Assembly (NCBI GenBank): GCA_040954595.2
Contig: CM082595.2
Location: 5,854,137-5,918,136 of the forward strand
Origin: Balanoglossus misakiensis
Lineage: Eukaryota > Animalia > Hemichordata
Direction of reading: 5' to 3'
Length of the DNA: 64,000 bases
Shown piece by piece: positions 25,815 to 38,488 of this stretch (its first letter is position 1; each line of letters starts with the position of its first letter). The notes under the pieces are model-generated. The model ran no database searches. It was given only the letters and a program-made list of their open reading frames with translations, and was not told the origin of the DNA. The position numbers and the translations under genes were made by a program.

Positions 25815-28800
25815 GTAAGCTGCTTTACGCGATTATTTTCAAGACTCTGGATTAATTCGATTTACGTCTGTGTGCACATAGGTTTCGCGTCACCGTGACA
25901 GCGACTATCATTTCCGCGATATTCACAGTGCAAGCGAAACGTTTTTGCCCGTCAATCGATCGAGTGCAGTTGATTCACTTTGCGTATTATTCGACTTCTG
26001 TCGAAAATGGGTCTTGTACTCAAATGAGTTTTAATTCTCCGATGAATGCATTGTGAGTGAATGTGATTTGTGTCTGATTAACAAAACTGTGCACAATAGC
26101 GACCGAATGATCCCTGTCACAGGACTGCTTTGCAATTATTCTCCCTACTGGAAAGCTCACTTTTCTCAAAAGCGTTAATCATATTACTGAAGAGATGGAT
26201 TTATATTCTACCCACCATTGAATTGGGTATAATCACCGCTGTGTAACCTGTGTGTCGAATTGACGCCAATAATACATTTTGTTAGTGTTTGACCTGGTTT
26301 CGCATCGCAATTGGTTTCGTTTAAGGGAAACGTCGTGTCTACGACCCATACCCATTTACTTGTATGCGTGCTTCTATGAGAGCGATCAATAGCCCTGCAA
26401 CGCAAAATCGAAAAGCCGGAACTGCTGATTTCATATGAAAAAAGTGCTGAACGCCACGTACGCTGGCTGCCTGTCCTTCACGTCCCTGTGACTTCCAGTT
26501 AAAATGGATCGCGTCTCGGCTTAGGGATGGACGAAGTGCTATGAGATACACCAACTGGATTGTGGCGAGTGTGCGCGTGAGACATGCAGTAACGTTGTCA
26601 GCCATCGGTTTTGAACGTGTTGTGCTATACTAAAAGTCAACATACGTGAACAATGCAGTGGAGTAGTGGAGCCAGCGACCACCACTGGTGATACCTATGA
26701 AAATTACCACGTTAGCTGCTCATGTTAAGATTTGGTAAGGCACAAACATTGTACTATGACTGTGGACATCATAGCTTATAACTGCTCATGTACCATGTAC
26801 GGGTGTGTACTAATAACACGGCACCATTATGTTTGACGCTAACTTTATTTTTTTAGCATATGCAGAAATTTAATTTTACCTAAAGCTACAGACGTCGTTT
26901 CATTTTAAATAATCTCTTTTTATCGCGTGGCAATAGTGCCTAGCTATAACAGGTCCAATAAAACCCTGCTGTTAACATAGATTTAATTTATTGTGAATGT
27001 TCGAATAGCACGAAACGATTATCCTGTTTATGATAATAACACAATATATTCTGCTGATTTTTTACAGTCTGCATAGTGATTAAAATAAAACGATGAATTT
27101 CATTCTGCGTCCCTCGGCATTCCACTTTTAAACTTTCGCGTTCTAGCATTTATCAATTTTATGCCGGCATCAATTTACTCATATCCTTCATACATAATTT
27201 AAAATATGTAATTTTCTTGAAAGAATCGCTTCTTTGCATCGTTTCTTGCCTTTTCAGCGATGTAATTGTGTTTCATGAGTAACTGACTCTGGGAAACAGG
27301 ACGTCAACCTGCTATCTCGCACATGTATGTGATTTGCATCTTTATATGGAGTATATTTCTACCATCGCGGTGATAAACTGTTCTTTGATAACCGCCAGGG
27401 GCAATAACGTATGGAGACATACAATGTACATGTAGTTTTTGTGTGTTTTGCTTCTAATGGTGGTTAGATGGTTTTTAAAAAGGCGCCAAATCCAGTGGAA
27501 TTGGTGAATGGGCTGTTGTTTCCGAGGAGATTTGACTTGCGATTTATTTTCGGAACATTTCCGACGTTGAGCAGATTAGCCATCCGAGCAAATGTGAGAC
27601 GAGAATCTGATGGCACGTCGTTTAACATGTATGCGGGTGTCGAACGACATGTTTTTAATATTTATCTTTTCCCTCTCATTAACCATTTATAATATGCAAC
27701 CGTCACAGCTTTGGCTTTCAAGGTTCCTAATGTACCATTAACTTAAAAAAAATAAAAGTTAAAAGCGTTGGGCGAGACGTGCCGGTTCAATGCACGGTAT
27801 TTTTTGAAGGACGGTCGTATGTTCTGCTGGCGGTGTTTTTTCTTCTGCGTTCGTTGACAGCTACGAGTGGTGGCGAGCCTGCGCGTGCTGTTAGCCACAG
27901 GAAGTTCGATTCATTCGTTCAATAATATTGTGTGTTCACGTTCGTTTGTGCAAGGACGTACGTGTCAATTTTAGTCAGTCTGTTCGTGTTTTCATTAGAA
28001 AACCTGGAATCTGTTATTTCATGATCAGTCCTTGCATATGTAGTCCCTGGCGTTTGGAAGTTTGCAGCGTTAAGTTGAGAGAAGACAATCTAATAACTAA
28101 GACTGGCACGTGAGTGCATTACAAAATGCTCTATCATTTTCAGGGGACGTGCACTTCTGTTTGACGTTTGACTTGTCTTCTATAGAAAATTATTGTATTA
28201 TTTGACAAGGACCCTTTAAAAATATCGAACGACTTGAGTGTATCCCTAATAAACAGCTCATTAGCTACCATCGTTGAGGTAGAGCTACATTCACTCTATG
28301 TTTAAGTGCCTGGGCTGTGTTTGTTTCGTTCATGCATTATGCAGGCCCGTCTCCTATTGCTCGTTTTACGTGTCTGCTCACCGGTGGCGCACGGAGACGC
28401 TCTGGTCCCATTGCTACTGTTTTGTATGTTATTAATACTTAATGAGATCACGGGGGCGAGGTTTGTCAGTGTTTATGAAGTGTGCATGTCCATCAGGGGT
28501 GAAAATCGCGTCTCTACACCTGTCACAACAATGTTGTAAACCCGGGTGCCCCGCACACCATCCGCACGTCGTCAACCGGCAGAGAAACACAGTCACAGCT
28601 CCAGACCTCCTGAATATTTGGTTTCTTTACTCCCCCCAGCATGGACTCTTACTGACTGGAAGCGCCTGTACGCGTCGACGCTCTCCGGATTATAGCGGAT
28701 ATGAACGTGCCTGCTCTCTCGTATGGTCTACCTGGATTCGAGTGTATCTCATCTGCCCAAACTCTTCAAGGGGGAGTTTAGCTTGCTGGTACTGTGTACG

Positions 28801-30276
28801 AAGATGCGCGACGATATTCTTGTGTGTATGGTTGTTATGCTGTCCCTACTTTGTCAAGGTAAGAGAACTGTTTACTTCTAATATCATCCCTCGGTCAGAT
28901 GAGGACATTCGTACATGAAGATGTATACGTTTCGCGTATACATCTACATGTAGATGTGTGTCATGCTACTCAGAAAGTGATTTCATGTTTTCAGGGAATA
29001 TTGGAAATTTAAACATTATGAGTGTGGGAATCATGCGTTCTATGTCATAACATCAATTAAGTGTTGTGAGCACGCCAGAGATTCCATCCAACGTAAATGA
29101 ACTCGACCATGTTAAAATTTCTACGATTCCCCGAAAAAATGAACATCACATTTTGAAGCGCGTGACATGTGCATAGGTTAAAAAGCTGTATTGTAATTCT
29201 ATCCACCAACGTTGGCTAACACATTCCTGTGATTTACTCTCCCTAGCGCGTTCTATTATGCGATAGTGAAATATTGAGAAGTAGGTCCCGTTGCTCCATA
29301 TGATGGTGCAAAGCATAAAAATCACCCCTTTTGGGTCTCCTGTTTTTACATGTACTAAATTACAGCCCCGCACTCAAAGTAATATTTAGCATGAGTTCCA
29401 GTTTGTTGTATCTCCGTTCTGTCACATCCTCGAGAGTCATTCCAGAGAATGGACTGTGTTTATCGAATACACCGAGTTGCACATTGCGGAAGTTTCACCA
29501 TTGTGGTCTTGGCCATTTCGCTTTTACGCTTCCACGATAGAACTATTAGTCCGTATAAATAATAGATAGCACGGAGCCATCGGAAATGTTTCGAAAGTAC
29601 GGCTGACATGATCCTCTGCGTCTGTTTGACGGGCCACGGTGGCAGTTTTTCTTGGTTTAGTATTCACGACTTCTCGTGGCAGATGTTTCAGTATTTGCTC
29701 GACTTGTTCGCCGATACTTAACCTTAGCCTAAATGTGTGTATTGTACCGATGCGATTGCCCTTATACACCACATAACTGAATAATGCAACTGGCGTAAAA
29801 CATGGAGTTATTTCTTCTAACATCTTTTGAGAATATGTTATTCTGACTACCATATGACCAACTAAACACTATATAGTCAGTTCGCTATTGTTAGACTGTA
29901 GTTGGGATACACACTTCTGAAATATGGAATAATTTAGGCGTGATAACAATTAAACTATGCAGTGATAACAAGTGATATTAATTAAACTATGCAGAATTGT
30001 AGTTGACATTGATAACAGAAATAATGTCTAACGTAAACCATATACATTTAAAGTGCCAAATGTCATTCCCTGCTTCTCATATTAAATCCTGTTGACATGG
30101 AATACCGGTATATGGTTAATTAATGCAAAGTCTGTGTTTTTGCTTGGAATATTTGTCAAGGTTGTCCGTTTGCTTTTACGCAACATTGATGATAAAGAAC
30201 GTGCGGCTTTAAAAGATAGCATCTTTAACCAAATATCAGCAAGGATGGAATGCAATAAATGCCATGACCAGGTCGT

Positions 30277-30407
30277 TATAAAATTGATGGTAATCAAGGG
30301 TGATATATAGGAAACAAGAACCAGCTGCAGAAATCCCTAAGCTACGATTTGCTTGTGCTAGTTTTGTCTTATTTACTTTGACACGTGCATGCCAATGTTT
30401 CTCACCC
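30277..30407 (+). repeat. Dispersed repeat fragment (family C), copy 1
   Basis: tataaaatt..ggt..ggtgatatataggaaacaagaa.cagctgc.gaaatccctaa...tgctagttttgtctta.t.actttga...gcatg.caatg...tcaccc matches the reverse complement of 38347-38488. Confidence 0.85.
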
Positions 30408-31683
30408 TGGGCTACCACAATTTTGACCTATGTTAATTGCTCAAATACTTCCCAGCCGAGTGTTTTCTGTGAGGTCTGTGGACGGTGAATTCCTTCAGCA
30501 AAACTGCGTGTTCTGGTCTGTGTACATGTATGAACATGTATATATTGCCCCATCAGCAATTCAAGTCTGAAATGACGTGCCTATTACAGGAATAATTGCT
30601 GGTGATCGTCTCGTGGGAGGGAAATTAAATGGGCGGCAATTGCTGGCTTTTACGCAGCCGTTTTCCAACCGAAAATACCCGAGCGCGATTTTCTTTTCAA
30701 ATGTAAAATACCTCAGTAAGCTCTATTGATGCATTACTGGCTCATATTACTGGCACTGTTTCCAATGTGGGGATTGGGGGTGTATCGAGGCTTTTTTCCA
30801 TTGTTAAATAGTCTTGAATGAGATCAGAAAATAGAAAAGAGCAATTCGTCTGTTTAGAAACGGGATACGAGAACGCTCCTTGAGGCCAAATAACAATAAC
30901 CGTTGCTCCAATCAATTGCACCTCGGGGAGTCTTGAAATCGAAAACTGAATTTTAGCACCGATCACCGTCAGACAAAACAGATCACGTTTACGCTATAGC
31001 CGTTGTATTTATAGATGGACGTTCTTAGAACAGTGAAAATGCATGAGGGATGCATAGGAGACGCATAAAGTGAATGCCGAGAATGGCACATTGCGGTTTC
31101 TGATGTGAGTTGCATGTTGAAGCCGCAATTTATCGTTATCTTCGAGCTCTTTACAGATGCATGGCACGACAAACGCGAGACGCTGTATGTTTTGAGATTG
31201 GTAACATCCCAGGGTCTCCCACTTATGATATGAGTAAGAGAATGTCATCCAACACGATAGATTAGGCGATAACATCTTTATCACCACAGGCCGCGAATTC
31301 ACAAGGCTGGGACCAAATCGGTATAGATGGGTGTAGCTAAGTTTTGGGGAAAAACACAAAATTGTGACCATTAAATGAACATGCAGCAAAGAAACACTAC
31401 CCAAGGTGAATAACCCATAAATCAGTAATTTAATCACTTCTTTATGACAAAATGACCCTAAAATCAGAAATATCAGAACACTTGAAAATTCCCGCCATTT
31501 TAAAAAAGGTGAAATATTGCAGTGAAAAATGAACATATAATATCTCATTGGAGTACATCTACTTCCATGAGTTCCAGTGGATGTGATTATGTTTAGGGTT
31601 TATAATTCTTGTATATACTTCGGTACATTCATCTTTATGGGCTAATGGTAGTGCAGTTTGAAAAAAATTTTGATAATTATCCC

Positions 31684-31705
31684 AAAAGTTGCAGCTCATG
31701 TGCCT
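31684..31705. mobile_element. Right terminus of a TTAA-flanked MITE related to the 34732 element
   Basis: aaaagttgcagctcatgtgcct|TTAA. Its reverse complement aggcacatgagctgcaacttt matches agggacattagctgtaacttt at 34732 in 18/21 positions. Confidence 0.45.
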
Positions 31706-34700
31706 TTAATGAGTAACTAATTTCTTTTGCCGATCTGTGAGTGTGTTCGTATAGATGTACCATATACCAAATCACGTGTTTCTTTGTAAATATGCACACG
31801 GTACGCATATCACATTAACAAAATGTTATATCGCCTTTTAATAAGATGTACACAGAACAGCTACCTTTATTGATATGTCTTAAAATAGCAACACAGATTA
31901 TCTGCATTTGTCCCTTAAAAATCAAAGGGCGCATTGTGAGTACCACGTTATACAAACTGTGCGATAAGGCAGGCAAAACTCACGATCCGTAAGTGTCAGA
32001 TGGCGGTGAAAACATAAATCACTCTACAAATGGATTATTTCATTTTAGTCAACCGTTGATACTTAAACCTAGGATACGTTATTTTCCTTCCCGAGTGATA
32101 TTGTATAGCCCTTCAGATCCATGTTTTTGCTGAATTGTGTTTGTTTTTCATCACCCATTAACCAAATAGATTCAATACTTAGCGCAATTAACGGACTTAG
32201 CATTCCATACATGTACATAACTTACTCACTTAACGTCTGTATATATAACATTTCACGTAAAATATTTAGAGTGTTATATGTAGTTTAATCGAAACGGTCA
32301 CTTGGTATAATTTTCAGAGCTATTTTCAGACCGAGGGGGTTTTGTTTTAAAAAGAAACCAATAGTGAACTAAGTGAGTTGCGGTTAATACTGAGTAGAGT
32401 GTTCGATGTAAGAAACATAAACATTCACTGAGAATAGTGACGGCGAGGGTTTCTCCGGATGTTGCACGGTAGTATTAAACGCATTATGGGCGAGGTTTTA
32501 GTCTGAGAACAGAATAGGGTACCTTTGAAACTCACGTATCGTAAAAAAACATTCTATTGTGTTACTCCATGTAAACTCGGCTCAGTCGTCAGAAGCCTCG
32601 CGTCAGAATTCAGAATACATTAAGTAATTCAGAATACATTCAGAAAAGGCACAAAGGCGACGCATTCATCTATAAATGAAGTTTAACAGTTACTTGTCAG
32701 CCATAACAACAATTTCTTTGCGTTGGATCGATCTTTAGAAACGCACGTGGGATGACTCGAACAATGGCTCGCATCACTGTGCCATCTAAATTCAATACAT
32801 TTCGTCAATGGAATCGAAATGCCACTGTTTATTTGTTAGACTATCAAAACGATCTAAGCCGCAACGTGCTTTGTATTTGATACACACGCCAAGTACTTGA
32901 GGCAAAAATCTGCATTCGATCGCATGTTTACACAGCGATGATAGGCATCTGCAAAATGGCAGAAATGTACCTTTGTATCAGAAACGCTCGGAGAAAAATT
33001 AAGACAAGTGCGTATTCGGTATAAATTATTCAAACGCTAGGGCTACAAAATAACCTTTCTTTCACCAAGGGATTGGATGCCCCTCCTTTCCTAATTGGCG
33101 AAAATCTGTGCCCAGTAGCAACCAGAGAGAGTTCTAGCATGTGAAAGTACGATTCTTCGAGAGAATACACATATATCACTCATATAAAATACGTCATATA
33201 TAATTTTATCCCACACTGTCTGGTAGTACGCACAATGTCGCTTTTGCGTTTTTATTCATGAAATTCGTATATCCCACAGCTTTTCCCAAGGCTATTGCTG
33301 TCGCACTTCGTATGACGTCATACAAATCCGAGCTGTATCTTGAAAAAAAAGAATACAATTTAAACATCATTTTACTGATATCATTTTGCTTTCAATTTAA
33401 ATGCCACCTGGTAACTGGACAGATCAAAGAACATGAAAATGGATTGCTATCATAATATTATATCTTGTTATGGACAAGAGGTTTATATGAAGAAATAGTG
33501 ATGTTCCTGTGTGACAATATACATCCTTGACAAAATTGAAACGTGTTGGCTTCTCTATGCACTTGCATGTCTTTTTTAATAAAAAGAAATTATAACCTAC
33601 GCGGCTAAAAAAAGCCCACAATGGCAGTGGAATTAATCAATATGTGAAATAATCAAATATCTGTGAATGCTGTCTTAGTTAGAGTAAGGTCATTTCATTT
33701 CTCCTGTCTATTCAAAGAGTGTCTGCAATTTCTTTCTTTATTTGAATGAGAAGCAATTTTCATTGAACACAACAAATGAGAAACCTATGGTATTGCCAAG
33801 TGAAAAGCGCGGGTCAGCACAGTCGTCATTTACATAAACCAACAGTATTGAGCGTCCTTTGAATGAATCTTTCTGTTTGGATCGATTTAATCGAAAATGA
33901 TTGTTCGCCTAACAGACTATTTGTTAGTAATAATTTGGTACAGGACTGAAAAACTCGCAGTATCGAGGAATGTCCTCTGGGTTGTATGATGTGGCAGGTG
34001 GTGTTGATATTCCAAGTGCTTAATACGCATCTCGTGCAAGTTGACGGCGACGCAATGCAATAAGTGCATTCACCAAAATCAATCGATGATTTCCCGCACA
34101 TTGCGAGATCTCGCGAGACCAGGTTAAGACCCATAGCAAACGTTTGGTACCCAAGTAATGCAATCATGCTTTGTATGAAACTAGAATAGGTACAGAGATT
34201 AACAAAGAAAATAACTGTTGTGCCGCTGAACACAATCAGCCATTTGTTGTTTGACCTGTATCACAGTATTATTTATGTTAAATGACTTTGATTAATGCGT
34301 GAAGTTGCAGACAACATAAAATCTCCAACCTCACATCCTCTGCCCCTGACATCTTTGCCACACTGGACAAACAATTTCCTTTTCTCAAGTTGCTTGTGGG
34401 AAGTAGCTTTACCTCAGATTTTCTATATCGATTTATCAGATCATGATTCATGGTGTATATCTCCAGTAGGAGACAAACTCACGAATAGTATTTATAAATC
34501 ATCTATCATTCTCGATGGACACCTTTGCCAATGTTATAGATTGTTCCAGAAATGTTCCTCCCAGGTTAACTGGCCTTTTGCACAAATATATGATAACATT
34601 GGGAACAGTGGGGGAGGTTTTGGATGTAACCGAAGAGCGGTTGCCTTGTTTGACCCTTAACAGTAAGAAAATTGGCTCATTTATCAGAAAGCTAATCAAG

Positions 34701-34731
34701 TGTAGATCCTGTGCAAATGAAAACATTTCAC

Positions 34732-35100
34732 AGGGACATTAGCTGTAACTTTGTAGTTTAATTCTCAGTAAATTTGTTCTGTGTATACCAAATGGAATTT
34801 CTTGTCATACTCAAAACAGCAAACTAATATACCCAGAACTCCACTTCTCAACATAGCCTGTATGTGTGTGATGACCATTGGTATTGTTGACAAATGAATT
34901 CTAGTCCGGACTTGAATACAAATTTTGCACAGTAATGATGATGGAAAGTCGACCAATGTATAGGGAGCTTTTGTAACATGTGGCCCATACAGGTAGTACA
35001 TTGTACGTGTACTCCTTACTATTGGATTACAACCTGAAACATTGATACAATTATGTCATATGTCAATTTCTTAAAGAGATTATTCTTAAGTGTCTTCCCT
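34732..35100. mobile_element. Decayed palindromic TTAA-type MITE (family D)
   Basis: Left end AGGGACATTAGCTGTAACTT, right end ...TTCCCT|TTAA. Central imperfect palindrome GAATTCTAGTCCGGACTTGAATAC (~34896-34919) and arm remnants cctgtatg / catacagg. Confidence 0.5.
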
Positions 35101-35707
35101 TTAAAGAATTTTCATAATTTTATATGTAGACAAGCAGGAAATTTTGGAAGATGGGATAGGTCCAAGGTTAATATTGGGGTTACCCGATTTGGCAAAAAAG
35201 AAAAGGAAAGTGCATGGTAATTCATTTACACCTGCCCACGGATGCCTCATTTATGAAAATGTCAGAGGCGCTGCAAAATTGCCTGGAGTTTTGAACGCGC
35301 CAATTCGTCGCACGGGGAGTAAAATTGGTTGACATTTCTTGAGACGGACTAAGGTCGCCCAGTCTCCCCGGGTAGCATTTCATTTCCCTGCATGTGATAA
35401 CGAGGACACCTTCATGCTGGAAATGTTCAGCCGTAGGGTGCACAATACATGGAATATGATGAACCAATTTACTTTGAAGTCATCAATCACTGGTGTGGCG
35501 TTCAATGGGACAGTGTGCTCGGCTCCTGCAACATTGATTATCATTAAAAATTTAATTGTCCGGCGAGGTCTCAGGTTATTTAAATCGACTGTCTCTAAGG
35601 GTTACGAAAAGTTCAGATAATTACACTAATTCATTTCAGTAACTGTCACCAGATCGTGACAACAACTAGGGAGGTGTCGGGGAAAAGATAGCGATGTAAG
35701 CAGAGTC

Positions 35708-35719
35708 TGCGCATGCGCA
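35708..35719. promoter_or_regulatory. Perfect NRF1-type palindrome TGCGCATGCGCA
   Basis: Exact consensus in a CpG-richer patch, with TTTTATGGCC about 65 bp downstream. Function not shown. Confidence 0.3.
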
Positions 35720-36849
35720 CGATTTTCACTCTTTCTGCTATTTTAAGAATCCGCGATTACGCAGACGGTTTCAGTCGCGTTTTTATGGCCAACGTTTAAT
35801 GATTGAAATTCATAAAGTTTAATGCTAACCCCGGGCGGATTGCCAAATTACAACATCGTGAAATTTCACGAAATTGTCGTTACTGGCAGTAAACTTAATC
35901 AAGTGCCTTAGATACGGTAGCAATCAAATGCAAATTGGCACAGACCGATGCTCTATCTATGTTTTTATAAAAACTTTTTTATGTTCTATATTTTTCTCAT
36001 TATCTGTCTGATTCAAAGATGCATTGTTCCCTCCGTGGGTTTGATAGGAATCAGAAATCTAACAGTTAGGGCAGGAATGACCTCTCCCTGGTGACTGAAT
36101 GACAGTGTTTGCATTTCATAAATCCAGAAATCGTCGAGCCATTAGGCGTTTCCTGAAACAATTGTCAGTGCTAAAAATAGACAAAGCCCATACAGCTCCT
36201 TCTATGGCTTTAAATTGATGCAATTCATGCGCCATTACTGTTGTTATATGTAATATAATTGAGCAGTCCATCGGAAACTGCCACGAATTCACCGCAGCTG
36301 CCATCGGCTAAAACACATTGATGTATACCTTTATCCTAGAATATTACTCATATTATATTGTGCTTTCATCAATTTCCTCGCACGAGGATGATGGGTATCC
36401 ACGTCAAACCACAATGGAGGACGTAACACTTGAAAGGGAGGACAGAAATGATATCGTGCTCTTACTGGGGAATCTCTGAGTTAGCTGACTATTGGAGGGA
36501 AAGGCATAAGATGACCAATATATGTACAAACGCATGTGCGATCTGTCAGAAAATTCATAAACAGGCAAATTGACAGAAGCCACCGATCTGCCAGTCATTG
36601 CTCTGTTTTGAGTTCGATCGGGTGATCAATAAAAATACTTCAGCAAAAACTCCACCTGTCGATCGACACAGGCTATTACTCAGTCATCGGAATAACCGCC
36701 CTTAAGTCAATAAAACATACCAAATTAAGTAATCAATCTTTAAATATTGATTCTCATTCTCTGAAAGCGGCCTCATGAGTCCACACTTTGTATCGTCTGC
36801 TGTTCTCCAATAAATATTCTCGAATGGGATACAGAGGACTCTTTGAGTT

Positions 36850-36994
36850 CAGTGTTCTCCCCAGAGCAATTAAAGCATGGTGGCCACCACTCTTTAATTT
36901 TGAGAAGACAATAGAACTTAATTAACATAACAATTAATTGTAATGTTATGCAAATTAGTCGCCATGCTTTCCCAAAATCCTGGGGAGAACACTG
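36850..36994. mobile_element. 145-bp MITE with 15-bp perfect TIR and 5-bp TSD (hAT5-like)
   Basis: GAGTT|CAGTGTTCTCCCCAG ... CTGGGGAGAACACTG|GAGTT. CAG termini are hAT-like, and a 5-bp TSD matches the hAT5 subgroup rather than the canonical 8 bp. Confidence 0.85.
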
Positions 36995-37289
36995 GAGTTG
37001 ACGTTTTTACTTTTGACTAAAACCATGTGATGAATTTCCATAGGTAGAGCCATTAATAAAATAAAAAACAAACGTCGTTGAATATGCATCAATTTCTCTC
37101 GCATGGATAATTGCACCGAGACATAAATTATTACTGAATATGATTCATACGCCCACGCGTTCAGCCCTTCTGGTATCTGACCTAGATGAACTGGTCATGT
37201 GACGAGTTTATTCTGTCACGTGGCAACATAGGTTGTTTATGACTTTGTCAAGAAAATTGGTTACTGATCATGATAAAAATGTGATTTAA

Positions 37290-37475
37290 AGGTATACGGT
37301 CACCTATGGAAAATTATCTATTGTTACCATGGTAAATTGAGATCTAGCCAATCAAAGATTTTCAGTTGGTGGCACACGCGAAAAAAAGAGCGCCACCATA
37401 TGTTTTTTTAGAACACTCAAATACTCCATTTCAGCCATATATGGGCGTATGTAAATTGGTGGTGACTGTATACCT
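37290..37475 (+). mobile_element. MITE family A (Kolobok-like), copy 2
   Basis: TTAA|AGGTATACGGTCACC ... GGTGACTGTATACCT|TTAA, with internal homology to copies 1 and 3. Confidence 0.9.
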
Positions 37476-38346
37476 TTAAACTGAATATGCTAATAAGTCT
37501 CTATTCATCTGTTTTGGTCTTCACGCTCATGTACACACTTGAAGTTAACTGCTTCACATATAAAAATATGGACCTTTAATTCCTCTTTTTTTATTTGATG
37601 AAAGAAATTAATAAAATCAAATAAAAATTTCAAAGAATAAACAGATCATGATATCACAGAAAAAAAAACTGTTTAATAGGTGAAGCAGATTATCTAGACA
37701 CCAGAAATCTTTGGACAATTTATACAATTTCAATTGTGGACATCCAAAGTAAATCTGCCATAAAAGTGTTACTATAACAACATTAGAAATCTTTGAAGTG
37801 TTTTGACATTTTTGTCACTCTAACCTCCATGAAAATTGAGTTATTGCACAATGAAAATTGAAGCGTTGCAAGTAGACATTTTCACGTTTCTCAGTTCAAG
37901 ATGGAAAATATGTAAAAAAGGGGGGTGTTGCTCTTAAAATTATTGATTAGATTTTTTTTCAAGCCTTTCCCAATGCCTAGCTACAAACTAATGGTCAGTT
38001 TCGAATAGTGATTTATGTGCATATCGTCGTATTTATATTTCCCAGGAATGCGGAACTGTGAATATTTTCTTTACACGTGTTATCAGAAATCACTATAAAT
38101 CAAGTGGGCTCAGAATATCAATTACTGTCATGGAACATGTTGACTGTAACGGATCGCTTGAAAAATGACACCAGTCGGCCATTTCTCACCAAATGTCTTC
38201 CTACGGGAGAACACATGCACAGTAGCTTAGGGCGACCATTTTGTAATTTTTGTAGCTTTTATTTCTGCCATCCAAACACTGTATGTACATACATATGTAT
38301 CTATGTATGTGGGCACCAGAGATCAATTCAAATCTGGTATAGTCAT

Positions 38347-38488
38347 GGGTGATAGACATGCATTGACATGCTTGCATCAAAGTCAGTAAGACAAAACTAG
38401 CATGAACTCTCATATTCTTTAGGGATTTCTCCGCAGCTGTTTCTTGTTTCCTATATATATCACCTGTGACTACCACCAAATTTTATAT
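38347..38488 (-). repeat. Dispersed repeat fragment (family C), copy 2, inverted
   Basis: Reverse-complement similarity to 30277-30407. The spurious ORFs share IYRKQE.AAE...ASFVL.TL..ACQC. Confidence 0.85.

Noticed and set aside
31009-31548. Longest ORF in the track (179 aa, minus strand)
   Set aside because: No recognisable domain, composition typical of AT-rich non-coding DNA, and no splice-site framing.
34300-34730. Possible reverse-transcriptase remnant (LTWEEH / GRNI-like words on the minus strand)
   Set aside because: Isolated short words in different frames with many stops; no coherent RT alignment.
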